Part shown: in pieces, positions 37,754 to 48,523 of the stretch
How the letters are laid out: each line of letters begins with the position of its first letter
Position numbering within the stretch: the first letter of the stretch is position 1
Source of the DNA: Marsupella aquatica
Taxonomy: Eukaryota > Plantae > Marchantiophyta
Assembly: GCA_973895155.1 (NCBI GenBank)
Contig: OZ316894.1
Span: 10,154,379 to 10,218,378, forward strand
Length of the DNA: 64,000 bases
Reading direction: 5' to 3'
The notes under the pieces: generated by a model
Told to the model about the DNA's origin: nothing
The model's input: the letters and a program-made list of their open reading frames with translations, nothing else
Database searches by the model: none
Program-made: the position numbers and the translations under genes

Positions 37754-40027
37754 ATGTCGGAGGAAGCTCGCCAAATCAAAAAGAAATGGAGGAAAGCTTC
37801 TTATAAATCAGAATCCTCGAGCAAGGCAGTGGAGCCTCGAGACCTCCTGTCTGAGTTTCAAGCATCAGAATTCCCTTTACCGGGAAGTGTGACAAGGAAG
37901 GTAACCTCCATTCAGACTAGGGTAACCCAAGGGACTCTGGAAAATCCTGCACCCAGTAGACCCTTATATGTGAATTTGCAATCCGGACCCAAGTTGATTG
38001 GTCCACCACAGCATTCAAGGAAACCATCAGATGTCGAAGGGATTTTACAACAGAATCCAACTCTAGAAGAACTTGAAGGCTTCACAGCATTTAATTCATC
38101 AGAAGGGTCGTCTTCAGGCGAGAAGAGCTCCGGCAGTAGTTCAGAATCTAGTAGTTCTATTGTATTAAGTCCTCAAACTTGGACTAATCCGTTTGCCATC
38201 CGATCTGCCTTACCCATCCCTAATCTAAGTCCTACTATAATGGCTCGTAACAATGTGAGATATGATAGATTCTTTGGATCATCTAAAGAGGATGCAGAAG
38301 TCTATTTGAAGGAATTTGAAGCTGCTGCAGCTTCAAATGGACAAAGCCAAGATGCGGAAAAGGCTAATTTATTTGGTGGACTGATGAAGAAGAGAGCTCA
38401 AAAGTGGTATGATCGCTTTCCAGATAAACATGACTGGGGTAAGTTGAAGGCTGCCTTCTTGGCTAAGTACAAAGAGGAGGGGTCTGCCGCTCGAGCTTTT
38501 GCTAGGATCTCTCATTTACACATGAAGAAACATGGGTCTGTGAGGAAATATGCGGATAAACTGTTGGATTTGGTGGACCAATATAATCCAGCCACATCTA
38601 AGTCTACTGTGAAGGATTGGTTTATCAACGGATTGCCGTCACGAATTGCTCGATATGTCAGGCGTGAAGGTGGTACTACTTTGGAGGAAGTTCAGGAATC
38701 AGCACAGAAGTATGTGGATTCTGAAATTTCTGAGAAAAAGCGAGTGAGGAAAGACTTGAAGAAAGATAAGAGGAAAAAGAAGAAAAAATCAAAGTCTAAA
38801 TCTGATTCGGAGAAGGACGATAGTGACAGCAGCAGTAGTGAAGACGATGAGAGTACGGATTCAAGCACTAGTGCGAGCGCTAGCTCTAGTTCTAGTTCAG
38901 ATTCGGAACAGTCCGCCTCCAAAAAGAAGAAGTCAACCTCGAAGGTAGAGCCTAAGACTTCTACTCAGAAAAAAATGGATCGCATGATGGAGGAAATAAC
39001 CGGGAAGCTATCTAAGCTGAATGTACATATTGCTGCGGTGAAACCTGTGCGAAGATTACCACCAACCATGAGGACAAACGTGTGGTGTACCCATTGTAAT
39101 CAGCAAGGGCACTATCCGACGGAGTGCCCAAATTGGCGTATGGCAGTAAATTACTTGGAAGGACCGGAGGAGGTAGAAGATTACGAATACGAGCTGGCAT
39201 ATGCAGTTCAGGCAACACCAGGAGGTCAGTATTTCCCACCTGCCCCTCCACCAATGAATAATTGGGTACCGCCAAAACCTGCCTTCAACAGACCTGTTCC
39301 CAGGCCGCCTATGGGACCTCCAGGAGGATACCCCCCTAGAGGAGCTCCACGGCAGAAAGGATCCTGTTGGAATTGCGGTCAGCCGGACCACTACTCACCG
39401 CAATGTCCGTATCCGAAGAGAGAAGAGGGATACACCCCTATATGTGGAAATTGTGGCAAGGAAGGGCACTTGCCTGTGGAATGTCCAAATCCGCCTAAAA
39501 CAAAAATGATGGTTCGCTTTGCTCAAGAGCCTGTCAAGGAGACAATCAGACCAGAGGCTAAAGTGAGGATGGTGTACTCTGAAGAGGTTGAGCATTGTGG
39601 AATGATCCACCATGGGGATGTGAACAGAGTGGAAGTGACAGGCCACTCCACGTTTGCTCAACCACTGGCCAGAATTGTTCCTGATGTGTTAGTGGATCAC
39701 TTGGTGAAGCCAGGGGTGGTGGGCATGCCTAATGCTCGAGTTCAGGATCGGGATAAAGTTCTAACGGATACCTATGCAACTACTCGTTCCAAGCGGAAAG
39801 AGGAGAAACGAGCAGTAGCGAAGCACCAAAAGAAGGGACCTAAGCCGAAGGAACGAGCTCCATTTGAGGAAGGCCTACCCAAGGATCAGGACCCAGCTTA
39901 TGATCGCTATGATCCCAAATATTTTTTACCTGACATTTCTTCAGAAGTAAAAGCTCAATTAGAGGAACTAGTTAAAGATCACACCTCGCATTCAATTCAG
40001 AAGCCAGTGGTGAAGGAGCCCGAATGA
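37754..40027 (+). CDS. Gag
   Basis: YDRFFGSSKEDAEVYLKEFE, WFINGLP, and three CCHC knuckles (CTHCNQQGHYPTEC, CWNCGQPDHYSPQC, CGNCGKEGHLPVEC). Confidence 0.9.
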   Translation: MSEEARQIKKKWRKASYKSESSSKAVEPRDLLSEFQASEFPLPGSVTRKVTSIQTRVTQGTLENPAPSRPLYVNLQSGPKLIGPPQHSRKPSDVEGILQQNPTLEELEGFTAFNSSEGSSSGEKSSGSSSESSSSIVLSPQTWTNPFAIRSALPIPNLSPTIMARNNVRYDRFFGSSKEDAEVYLKEFEAAAASNGQSQDAEKANLFGGLMKKRAQKWYDRFPDKHDWGKLKAAFLAKYKEEGSAARAFARISHLHMKKHGSVRKYADKLLDLVDQYNPATSKSTVKDWFINGLPSRIARYVRREGGTTLEEVQESAQKYVDSEISEKKRVRKDLKKDKRKKKKKSKSKSDSEKDDSDSSSSEDDESTDSSTSASASSSSSSDSEQSASKKKKSTSKVEPKTSTQKKMDRMMEEITGKLSKLNVHIAAVKPVRRLPPTMRTNVWCTHCNQQGHYPTECPNWRMAVNYLEGPEEVEDYEYELAYAVQATPGGQYFPPAPPPMNNWVPPKPAFNRPVPRPPMGPPGGYPPRGAPRQKGSCWNCGQPDHYSPQCPYPKREEGYTPICGNCGKEGHLPVECPNPPKTKMMVRFAQEPVKETIRPEAKVRMVYSEEVEHCGMIHHGDVNRVEVTGHSTFAQPLARIVPDVLVDHLVKPGVVGMPNARVQDRDKVLTDTYATTRSKRKEEKRAVAKHQKKGPKPKERAPFEEGLPKDQDPAYDRYDPKYFLPDISSEVKAQLEELVKDHTSHSIQKPVVKEPE

Positions 40028-40030
40028 CCT

Positions 40031-40762
40031 GTGTTAAAGCAACAGGGATATGATATTGTAGAAGACGTGAAGGGCCATCTTGCTCATATCACCATTGGTG
40101 AGTTGTTGCAAGACAACCCGGTTTATAGACGCCAATTGAGAGGATTGTTGGCAGGAAAGCGAAGGCGGCGTAAGTTGCCAGAGGTGGATGTATTACGTTT
40201 GGAATGGGAGGATAAGGGACCACCAGAGCTGGACGTACAAATTCAAGGATGTGTTGTGAGGAGAGTACCAGTGGATGGTGGTTCCAGCGTCAACCTCATG
40301 ACTCAGCAAACTGCATTTAATCTTGGATTTACTAAGTTTGAACCAACACCCAAGATCCTGCGGATGGCGGACCAATCTCGAGTTGTTCCCGCGGGAAAAT
40401 TAAGTAAGGTAGATACTCTGATTGCTGGTGTTCCATTTACTTTGGAATATGTGATAATAAGTCCAGAGGTACCTTCCAGCTTTCCAGTCTTGTTAGGCCG
40501 CCCCTGGTTGTATAAAGCCCAAGTGCAGGTAAATTGGAAAGCTCAAGAGATGTCTTTTGGTAAACCCAAGGTGGTGGTGAGTTGGGCTACTGAGGATCAT
40601 AAGGGCGAGACGCAAACTGACGACGGGTATACGTCAGACTTTTCGGATTCCAACCTGATTCTGGAGCCATTGGAGTTTGAGTTGGAGGAGGTACGCTATT
40701 TGGAGGTTTACCTATCTGATCCAGTTGTGGAGACTGGATTAGCTTCTGAGGACCCTTTTTGA
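40031..40762 (+). CDS. Aspartic protease region (same frame as gag and pol, bounded by single TGA codons)
   Basis: VDGGSSVNLM, LRMADQS, VLLGRPWL. Confidence 0.88.
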   Translation: MLKQQGYDIVEDVKGHLAHITIGELLQDNPVYRRQLRGLLAGKRRRRKLPEVDVLRLEWEDKGPPELDVQIQGCVVRRVPVDGGSSVNLMTQQTAFNLGFTKFEPTPKILRMADQSRVVPAGKLSKVDTLIAGVPFTLEYVIISPEVPSSFPVLLGRPWLYKAQVQVNWKAQEMSFGKPKVVVSWATEDHKGETQTDDGYTSDFSDSNLILEPLEFELEEVRYLEVYLSDPVVETGLASEDPF

Positions 40763-40840
40763 CAATTTCCACCGGAAGGGGAGAAAGCAAACTTACAAGG
40801 AGTCGGCCATGATACAGGGAAACAATTCTCAGATCAGCAA

Positions 40841-43771
40841 ATGCATGGCGTATCCTCCGGTAATGGAAAACACCCTCCCTCTCCGGAAATCAGTGAGTCT
40901 GATGTTGGTGATTTGGAGCTTAGGCCAGCAGGCCTAACGGATGGTATAGTGGACCCTAAGGCTTGTCAAAAAATTGAGATTGAACCTGGCAAGTTCCTTA
41001 ATATAGGAAAGCATATCCAGGGTGAGTTGCGGGACTTGTACATTAAGTTGTTGACCCAGTACAAGGATGTTTTTGCATGGAGTCATTCAGATTTGAAGGG
41101 CATCCACCCTCATCTGGGAGAGCATCGGATAGACTTGATGGAAGGGGCAGTGCCAGTCCGTCAAAGGCAGTACCGTTTGAACCCCAAGTACTCTATCCTT
41201 GTGAAGGAGGAGTTGGATAAGTTGACTGCTGCTGGTTTCATCTACCCCGTCTTGAGTAGTGAATGGGTATCCCCCATTGTCATTGTACCCAAGAAGGCGG
41301 GACCTGATGGAAAGACAAAAATCCGCGTGTGTCAGGACTATCGGAAATTGAATGCAGCCACCAGGAAGGACCATTATCCCTTACCCTTCATAGATCTAGT
41401 GCTTGATCAGGTCGCATTGCATGAGTTGTATACTTTTTTGGATGGATACTCTGGGTACAACCAGGTTTCCATTCGAAAGGAGGATCGGGACAAGACCACG
41501 TTCACAACGGATTGGGGTACATATGCGTATGCAATGATGCCATTTGGGTTGTGTAATGCCCTAGGCACTTTTCAGCGTATCATGATGATTATTTTTCAGG
41601 AGTACCTTCGGCACTTCATGGAGATCTTCATCGATGATTTCTGTGTGTATGGATCGGCGGCTGACCATTTAATGCACCTCGATAAGACTTTCCAGAAGTG
41701 TCGGGAAGCTCAATTGTGCTTACACCCCGAGAAGTGCTTCATCAGAATGCAGGAAGGTATCTTGCTCGGCCATGTCATTTCTCAGCGTGGCATAGAGGTG
41801 GACAAAGAAAAGGTCCGGGTGATCGTGGAACTTCAACCTCCGACGGATTTGAAGCAACTCCGTGCCTTCTTAGGGCATGTCGGGTATTATCGCAGATTCA
41901 TTCATAAACATGCCGATATTGCTATGCCTCTGACCAAATTGCTCAAACAAAATGAACCTTATGTTTGGAATGAAGAAAGACAACAAGCTTTTCAAACACT
42001 AAAGGACCGCCTTGTGACTGCGCCCATTCTCTCCCCACCAGATTGGAGTAGGAAGTTTCATGTTTTCATTGACTCATCTGCCTTCTGCATCGGAGCTAAC
42101 TTGAGTCAAAAGGATGATGACAATAGGGATCATCCCATTTATTATGCCAGTAGGCAGATGAGTGCTGCTGAGAAAAACTATACAGTTACCGAAAGAGAAG
42201 CCTTAGCCATTGTTTTTGCCTGCAAAAAGTTTCGTCATTATCTTCTTGGATATCAGATCATCTTTCACACGGACCATCATTCTTTGAAATACCTGGTTAA
42301 TCAAGTTGACCTGTCGGGGAGGGTGGCTAGATGGGTCCTCCTGCTTCAGGAATTTGATTACGAGGTGCAAGTCCGTCCAGGGAAACACCATGAGAATGCC
42401 GACTTCTTGTCTAGACTTCCAGGTACAGAGAATGACCACAACCTGTCTGACGACTTTCCGGATGAGCACCTTTGGCACATTGAAGGCGAGTCCTCGAAAT
42501 ATTTTGATATTGTGAAGATGTTGCTGTATGGGGTCTTTCCAGAAGGACTTAATGCTGAGGAGAGGGCTGTTTTTGCACATAAGGTAGGTCCTTATACAAT
42601 TATCAAAGGCACCTTATTTAAGCAAGGCCCTGATCAAAGGTTACGGCGTTGCCTTGAGATGAGAGAAATTCCACAGGTAATTGCAGCCTTACATTCTGGT
42701 GAGACAGGCAGACACTATGCAGTTACCACCACTGTTAAGAAAATTCAAGATGCCGGATATTGGTGGCCCACAATGCACAAGGACACCTACAATTTTATTA
42801 AAACCTGTGATCCATGCCAACGAGTAGGCAAACCCACTGCATCTTCTAAATGGCCACTCACTCCCATCCTTCCTTTGGCCCCCTTTGAGAAATGGGGTAT
42901 TGATTTTGTAGGCCCAATTTCACCAGCCGCTAGGAAAAGTCATAGCAAATACATTATTCTGGCCACTGATTATGCCACTAAATGGGTGGAGGCTAAAGCC
43001 ACTCGCAAGAATGATGCTACAACAGTGGCTGCATTTCTCTTTGAGCATATTATTACTCGGTTCGGGTGTCCTTTGGAGTTGGTCAACGATAGGGGTCTAC
43101 ATTTTCTTAACTCAACTATTGAGTTAATTACTGACATATATCTTATCAAGCATCGCAAAACTACTCCTTACAACCCCCGAGCTAATGGCTTAACGGAGAG
43201 AGCTAATGGCATTATGGGCAAGATTCTGAATAAGATGGTGGAATCTCACAAGACTGACTGGGATGTAAAATTGCACTCTGCGCTTTGGGCTTACCGTACT
43301 GCTGAAAAGATTACCACCCTTAGAACCCCATTTTATTTAACTTATGGGGTTGATAGTATTATCCCTATTGAGTTTTCCATTCCTACTGAGCGCTTACTTA
43401 TTCCTGAGAGATTCACCCCTGAAGCAAGTATCGAGAGTCGGTTTGTTGATATTATGAAATTAGAAGAAAATAGACTTTTAGCCTTAGAACATACTGCTGT
43501 AGTCCAAGCAAACCGGAAACACTCTTATGATAAAAAGCTTAAACAGGTTAAGCTAGCTAATAATGATTTAGTTTTAGTTTTTGATTCCCGCTACATGCTT
43601 TTTCCGGGTAAATTACATACCCATTGGATCGGCCCTTATCGAATTGAGAACATATGGCCTAATGGTTCTGTATCCTTAACCACTTTAGATGGATCCCCCT
43701 TAGACACTAGAATTAATGGCTTTAGATTAAAGCCCTATCACTTCTATTCCGCGCATGAGGACATGTCGTAG
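40841..43771 (+). CDS. Pol: RT - RNase H - integrase
   Basis: RVCQDYRKLN, FLDGYSGYNQ, FIDDF, DSSAFCIGA, TDHHSL, HHCC (H..GRH...CDPCQ), WGIDFVGP, DRGLHF, NGLTER. Confidence 0.97.
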   Translation: MHGVSSGNGKHPPSPEISESDVGDLELRPAGLTDGIVDPKACQKIEIEPGKFLNIGKHIQGELRDLYIKLLTQYKDVFAWSHSDLKGIHPHLGEHRIDLMEGAVPVRQRQYRLNPKYSILVKEELDKLTAAGFIYPVLSSEWVSPIVIVPKKAGPDGKTKIRVCQDYRKLNAATRKDHYPLPFIDLVLDQVALHELYTFLDGYSGYNQVSIRKEDRDKTTFTTDWGTYAYAMMPFGLCNALGTFQRIMMIIFQEYLRHFMEIFIDDFCVYGSAADHLMHLDKTFQKCREAQLCLHPEKCFIRMQEGILLGHVISQRGIEVDKEKVRVIVELQPPTDLKQLRAFLGHVGYYRRFIHKHADIAMPLTKLLKQNEPYVWNEERQQAFQTLKDRLVTAPILSPPDWSRKFHVFIDSSAFCIGANLSQKDDDNRDHPIYYASRQMSAAEKNYTVTEREALAIVFACKKFRHYLLGYQIIFHTDHHSLKYLVNQVDLSGRVARWVLLLQEFDYEVQVRPGKHHENADFLSRLPGTENDHNLSDDFPDEHLWHIEGESSKYFDIVKMLLYGVFPEGLNAEERAVFAHKVGPYTIIKGTLFKQGPDQRLRRCLEMREIPQVIAALHSGETGRHYAVTTTVKKIQDAGYWWPTMHKDTYNFIKTCDPCQRVGKPTASSKWPLTPILPLAPFEKWGIDFVGPISPAARKSHSKYIILATDYATKWVEAKATRKNDATTVAAFLFEHIITRFGCPLELVNDRGLHFLNSTIELITDIYLIKHRKTTPYNPRANGLTERANGIMGKILNKMVESHKTDWDVKLHSALWAYRTAEKITTLRTPFYLTYGVDSIIPIEFSIPTERLLIPERFTPEASIESRFVDIMKLEENRLLALEHTAVVQANRKHSYDKKLKQVKLANNDLVLVFDSRYMLFPGKLHTHWIGPYRIENIWPNGSVSLTTLDGSPLDTRINGFRLKPYHFYSAHEDMS

Positions 43772-44270
43772 TTTGAGTGGAGGGCTGGGATAGGTATATT
43801 TCATATCTGTAAGAAATACTAGTATGGAAGGGCTTAGAATAGTAGATTAAAAGATTATGTTTGGAAAATTTTTAAAAAAAAATTGAGACGCTTTCTGAAG
43901 CGTCCAGCATTGTGGACTGATTTCGTGAAGCGGGACCGATGGGACGCTTTCTGAGGCGTCCGCTCCACGACCAGTAGACGACGCTTTCTAAAGCGTCCAG
44001 GAGATGCACTTCGAAGGCGTCAACTTGCTGACTCAGGATTTCCGTCCGGATTTGGGCCGCTTTCTGAAGCGTCCAGCACAAGTTGAAATTTTGGAATGAT
44101 CTCAAGTACGGCGAGGGATTGTGACGTCTAATGGGTCGAAGAAGAGAAACGACGAGTGGTTTTTGAAACCAAGTTTAGTAGCGCTCATTACCGATGATTG
44201 ATATAGAGGAGGTGGCGACCCTGATTGAGGGAAGAGTGGAGATGCGCCAGAAGAGATTGCAGACTGAGCG

Positions 44271-46700
44271 ATGGCGGAATCGGAGCTAGAAGTCACTGCG
44301 CGTCCGATAGTTGTTGTGATTCCATTAGGAATAGATGATCGAAGGCGACTACGAGAGGATTTGACGACTATGGGCTTGAAGAATCTCCTAAAGTTTCCTT
44401 GGAGTATTTGTGAATTCAGCTTGATCGATCGGGGCGAATGGGACGGAGAGGAAGGACCGGAGATACGCGCGAGGCCAAGCAATTGGAATGAGGAGCTCAT
44501 CTCATCAGTTTATTTGACTCCAAGCGTAGGCGAAGGATTACAAAAAGTAGAAGGCGAACCTAGGGCTTACGTTGAATCTATGTTTTATCCGGGAACATTC
44601 AAGAGGCGGAATGGCTGGGTGGCGGCAGATTGCATAGAAGCGCGATTGCAGCATTTATTTCGGTTCCTCTCCCCTATTTTTCATCCTGAGAGTCAAACGC
44701 GTATTACCTTGTCGTTTGCGGCCACTGTGATTTTTTCTGTGGAACAGAGGAAGACCATCAATTGGACTCAAATCCTACATAGAGTGATCCATGCGCAGGT
44801 GAAGAATTTTCGAAGTCGAGTCAGAGCAAGGAAGCTGAGGAGGGTGCAAATGACACCCTACTTCGCGCATATTTATTACAAGAAGCGATGCCTGTTACCG
44901 ACAGAGAAAAGGATTTATCAAAATTTGAGGACTAAGGTGCGAATGGACGTGAGTTGTCGATCGGATGAGCCACTCAACAATCCTCAGGATACTCTGATTG
45001 CATTGTGTACTTTATTAGACTGCGAAGAGGCTGAGTTGTTACCAAATGTCCAAAATTTGGTTGAAGCACATGAGCAGGCCACTCAAATTCCAGAGGACAC
45101 TCCTACAGTTGACGAGGAGCTAGCTGACCGACTTTCGCATGATATTGAAGCCGAATTGATGCACGAGGCCCAGCTCAGTTCACAATGTGGGAGTCCCATC
45201 CCTCTGCGTAACCCGGAAGAAGCTATTCAGGAACCAGAGACAGCTGCGGAATCACCAGGTGAAGGTTCAGTTTTACCTTCTTTTGCAGAAAATGTAGTTT
45301 TGAATGAGTTACCAAGTTTATCCCCATCTCTAGCTGCAGAAGGACCGGACGCTTTGGCTTCATTACAGGACTACCAATCGGATGAATACTCCAATGGGAG
45401 TCCACAGCCACCCTTACAGGATGTCCTTGGTTTTCCCCAAGACATTCAACCTTTAGGAATACCAGGTTTTGATGTTTCAAGAAGTGATGGTGAGAATGCA
45501 ATTGTAGAGATTGATGATGAGGAGGATGTCTCCTTTTTGCGAAGATCTGAACGAGATGATTCAAGTCAGCAGGAAGGTAGTAGTATGGTGGCGGTACCAT
45601 TGGACATTTCGGAAGACTTAGCTGAGAGATTAAGTCAAATCTCCCGGTTACCCACAATACCAATGGGCTATGATAGTTCGGAACAGAGTCCTGGGGCATC
45701 ACCTCAGCACATATCAGCTCCAAATGATTTTGAGAGATATGCTTCTCTGGACGCTCCACTTACAGCTTCTCCACCTCGAGCCCGAGATGAGTATCCAGTT
45801 ACTTATAGGCGTCGACCATGGAAAAGGTTACGGAAAGCTCGAGATTCGGTGGAATTACATGCTGCTACAGATTTTGTGGAGGCTCAGATTGAGGTACAAG
45901 AGTAGTATGCCCATGAGCAGGAACCATATAACGATTCGGAGCAGGTAGCTACCTACTCAGAGGAGTTACGGCTAGAAAACGAACCACCCAGTGCAGGTCG
46001 AGGAGATAGGGCAATTCCAGAACTAGTACAGCCTACTATTGCACCTTTGTCTCCTGAGACTTCACCTTGTCCTCCTGCTAAGGAATCTGTGATTCCTTCC
46101 AATACTCCAGGGGTTATTTTTCGATGGATAGGTGCGCCAAGTGATGGCAGTGAGGATGAGGCAGATCCTCGAATTATTCGAATTCCACCAAAATTAGGGA
46201 GATCGGTTGAGTTACCACCTCCTATTCCTATCCCCAATCTTACTTCTATTAATTCTTGGACCAAGAAAGACTACCATATGGCTTTCAGGCATTTGGAAGT
46301 AGAGAGTATCAGACAGCAACAACAGGTTTTGCCAGGATTATGTCCTCCAGGCATTCGTACTTTGATTCCTACGTATAAATTTCCTAAAGTTGTTCCACCT
46401 ATAGATAAGGACAAGAGACATAAATTCTCTGAGTATGAAATATGGTGTTGGGTGTATACCCTTCGAAGAACCCTTTGTCCTTTTCCTCCTATACCTCCAG
46501 AACATCCATGGCCTTATCGTTACTATGTCTGGGTTGCTCATGACGGATATGCAATTCAGTATAAGTATGAGAAGGATCTGCTTAAACTCAGAGAACAGCT
46601 ACAGAGACTCCAACTACATTCCTCTTCTCGCACTCAAGGCTCCCACGCTATCAGAGGACTTGCTCGATTGCCTCTACTCGACCCTTGGCCTCCAATGTAA
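44271..46700 (+). CDS. Additional 3' ORF (env-like position) of unknown function; 44271-45905 continues in frame to 46700 across one TAG
   Basis: 544-aa ORF plus an in-frame 217-aa ORF between pol/PPT1 and PPT2; acidic, proline-rich middle. Confidence 0.7.
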
Positions 46701-46801
46701 TTTTACAACTCCACATCATTAAAGAGCCACTTCAGAAGTGCCTGATCAAGTATATTATTTCACTTCTTGTGCGGACACAGCAAAATTTGAGTGGAGGGCT
46801 A

Positions 46802-48518
46802 TGTGGAAAGGAGACTTTTGCTGAAACACGACCATAAGAGAAAAATCTGAATCGTTTCAAACTTTTTGAGCAAAAACGACGCTTTCTGAAGCGTCTACTT
46901 TCAATTTGGCGGTTAACTCACTTCAGTCTAACTAAGGACGCTTTCTGAAGCGTCCCCAGTTACAAAGCCAATAAACCTCAAGACAGCTGAGGCGTCCATG
47001 TGTGCTGCCAACCAGATGCGACCCCCTTAACCACGACGCTTTTTGAGCCGTCCTTCACCGATACCACGGAACAGAAGACGCTTCGTGAAACGTCTATTCG
47101 AACCAGACACCGGACGCTTTAAGACGCTTTCTGAAGCGTCCGCTAACCCCAAAGTCCGATGAGACGCTTTCTGAAGCGTCCACATGAGAAGTGACGCCTC
47201 GACTGTTCGGCCGTGTTCGAAGACAAAGCAGAATCGACGCTTTCTGAAGCGTCCGCCAAGACAGACTTCGCCGCTTTCTGAAGCGTCCCACCTGAAGGCC
47301 GGAAGACGGACGCCGCGACCAAACCCTCAAAATTCAGCCGACGCTTTCTGAAGCGTCCATAAAAGTCCTTTGTAGTTTTGGACGCTTTCTGAAGCGTCCA
47401 CTATGTTCCCAACACTTAGAAAAAGTTTCAGTTTTCGCACTTTTATAACACCGTGCCACTTTTACCGATTTATTTGAGGCACTTAGAGACCTCAGAAAAG
47501 TCTGAAACTTTACCAGCATAGAGATTATATGTAGTAGAGTACTCTAGAAAAGTCTCAGCTCATTCCGACTTTTAGTTTAGAAGTTAAAATTATATTAACA
47601 CCACTGTTTATTAGTTTTACCGGAAAGCACCGACGCTCTACAAAGCGTCCACTAAGTCTCCAATGCATTTCTTTATTTCTTTTAGGATTGTCTTTTAGAT
47701 ATTTGAGGTTTGAAAAGTCATGCCTTTTCAGTTAAGGGAACCTTTACTTATAAAACCTCATGTTTTTTCCATTCGAAAGGAGGGGGGGACAATTCCAATC
47801 AGACTTCTGTTAGTTTCCCTCCTTCCATTTTAACAAGAGAAGTCTTGTATGGAAGTAAAACTTATGTTTGAATTTATGAATTCAAGAAATTTCTTGATAC
47901 TTGAATTCAGTTACAAACTTCTGTGACTTACATTGAATTCACTGCTAGGCTTGCTTGAAGGGTCAAGATTCGCTAGCTAATTCAAGAGTTGTTGTTTGAT
48001 ATGTGAGAAGTAAAGTTTGGTTCTCAGAGTATTCAGTACCGTTACTTTGTTTATGGAATATGATTTAGTGTTTGACGGAATTGCGTATCGCTGATGTCAA
48101 ACCATGTTGCCGGCATCTTAAGTCATATCATTACATTTGTAACCAGAGCAGTACTTGTTTAGCAAATTGGAAATTCCTTATCATGCAATTTTATTTAGTC
48201 AGGAGAGAAATTAGTGAGTTATGAGACTTGTTTTATGTCTATTCTAAGACCATAGTCCTTTTTGAAGGAGTGGCAATAGCTAATCAGAGTTTTCAGACCA
48301 TAATTGACTCTCTCTTGACTCATAAGACAGAAGTTTATTTACTTTGGTGTTTTGTTTATTTGATCTTTTAGTGAGAAACAAGAAATCTATGTGCTGAGAG
48401 CTTTAGATTACTTAGAGAGATAAATTCATTCAATTCTTTCCAAATCTGTTCTTAAAGGGATCGTATTCCGAGTCTTTATGTAAAAAGTGTTCCTTTTTGT
48501 TCTTTTGGCTATACGACA
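46802..48518 (+). repeat. Athila-like 3' LTR
   Basis: Preceded by PPT GAGTGGAGGG and followed by TSD TACTG. Confidence 0.96.
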
Positions 48519-48523
48519 TACTG

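Larger units (their letters stand above)
34671..48518 (+). mobile_element. Athila-like Ty3/Gypsy element, full length, very recent
   Basis: 1717-bp LTRs at 34671-36387 and 46802-48518; I noticed only one mismatch by eye. TSD TACTG (34666-34670, 48519-48523), PBS TGGCGCCGCTGCCGGGGA, two PPTs and an extra 3' ORF. Confidence 0.95.

Noticed and set aside
44271-45905. True viral envelope glycoprotein
   Set aside because: No evident signal peptide or transmembrane anchor; only its position is env-like.
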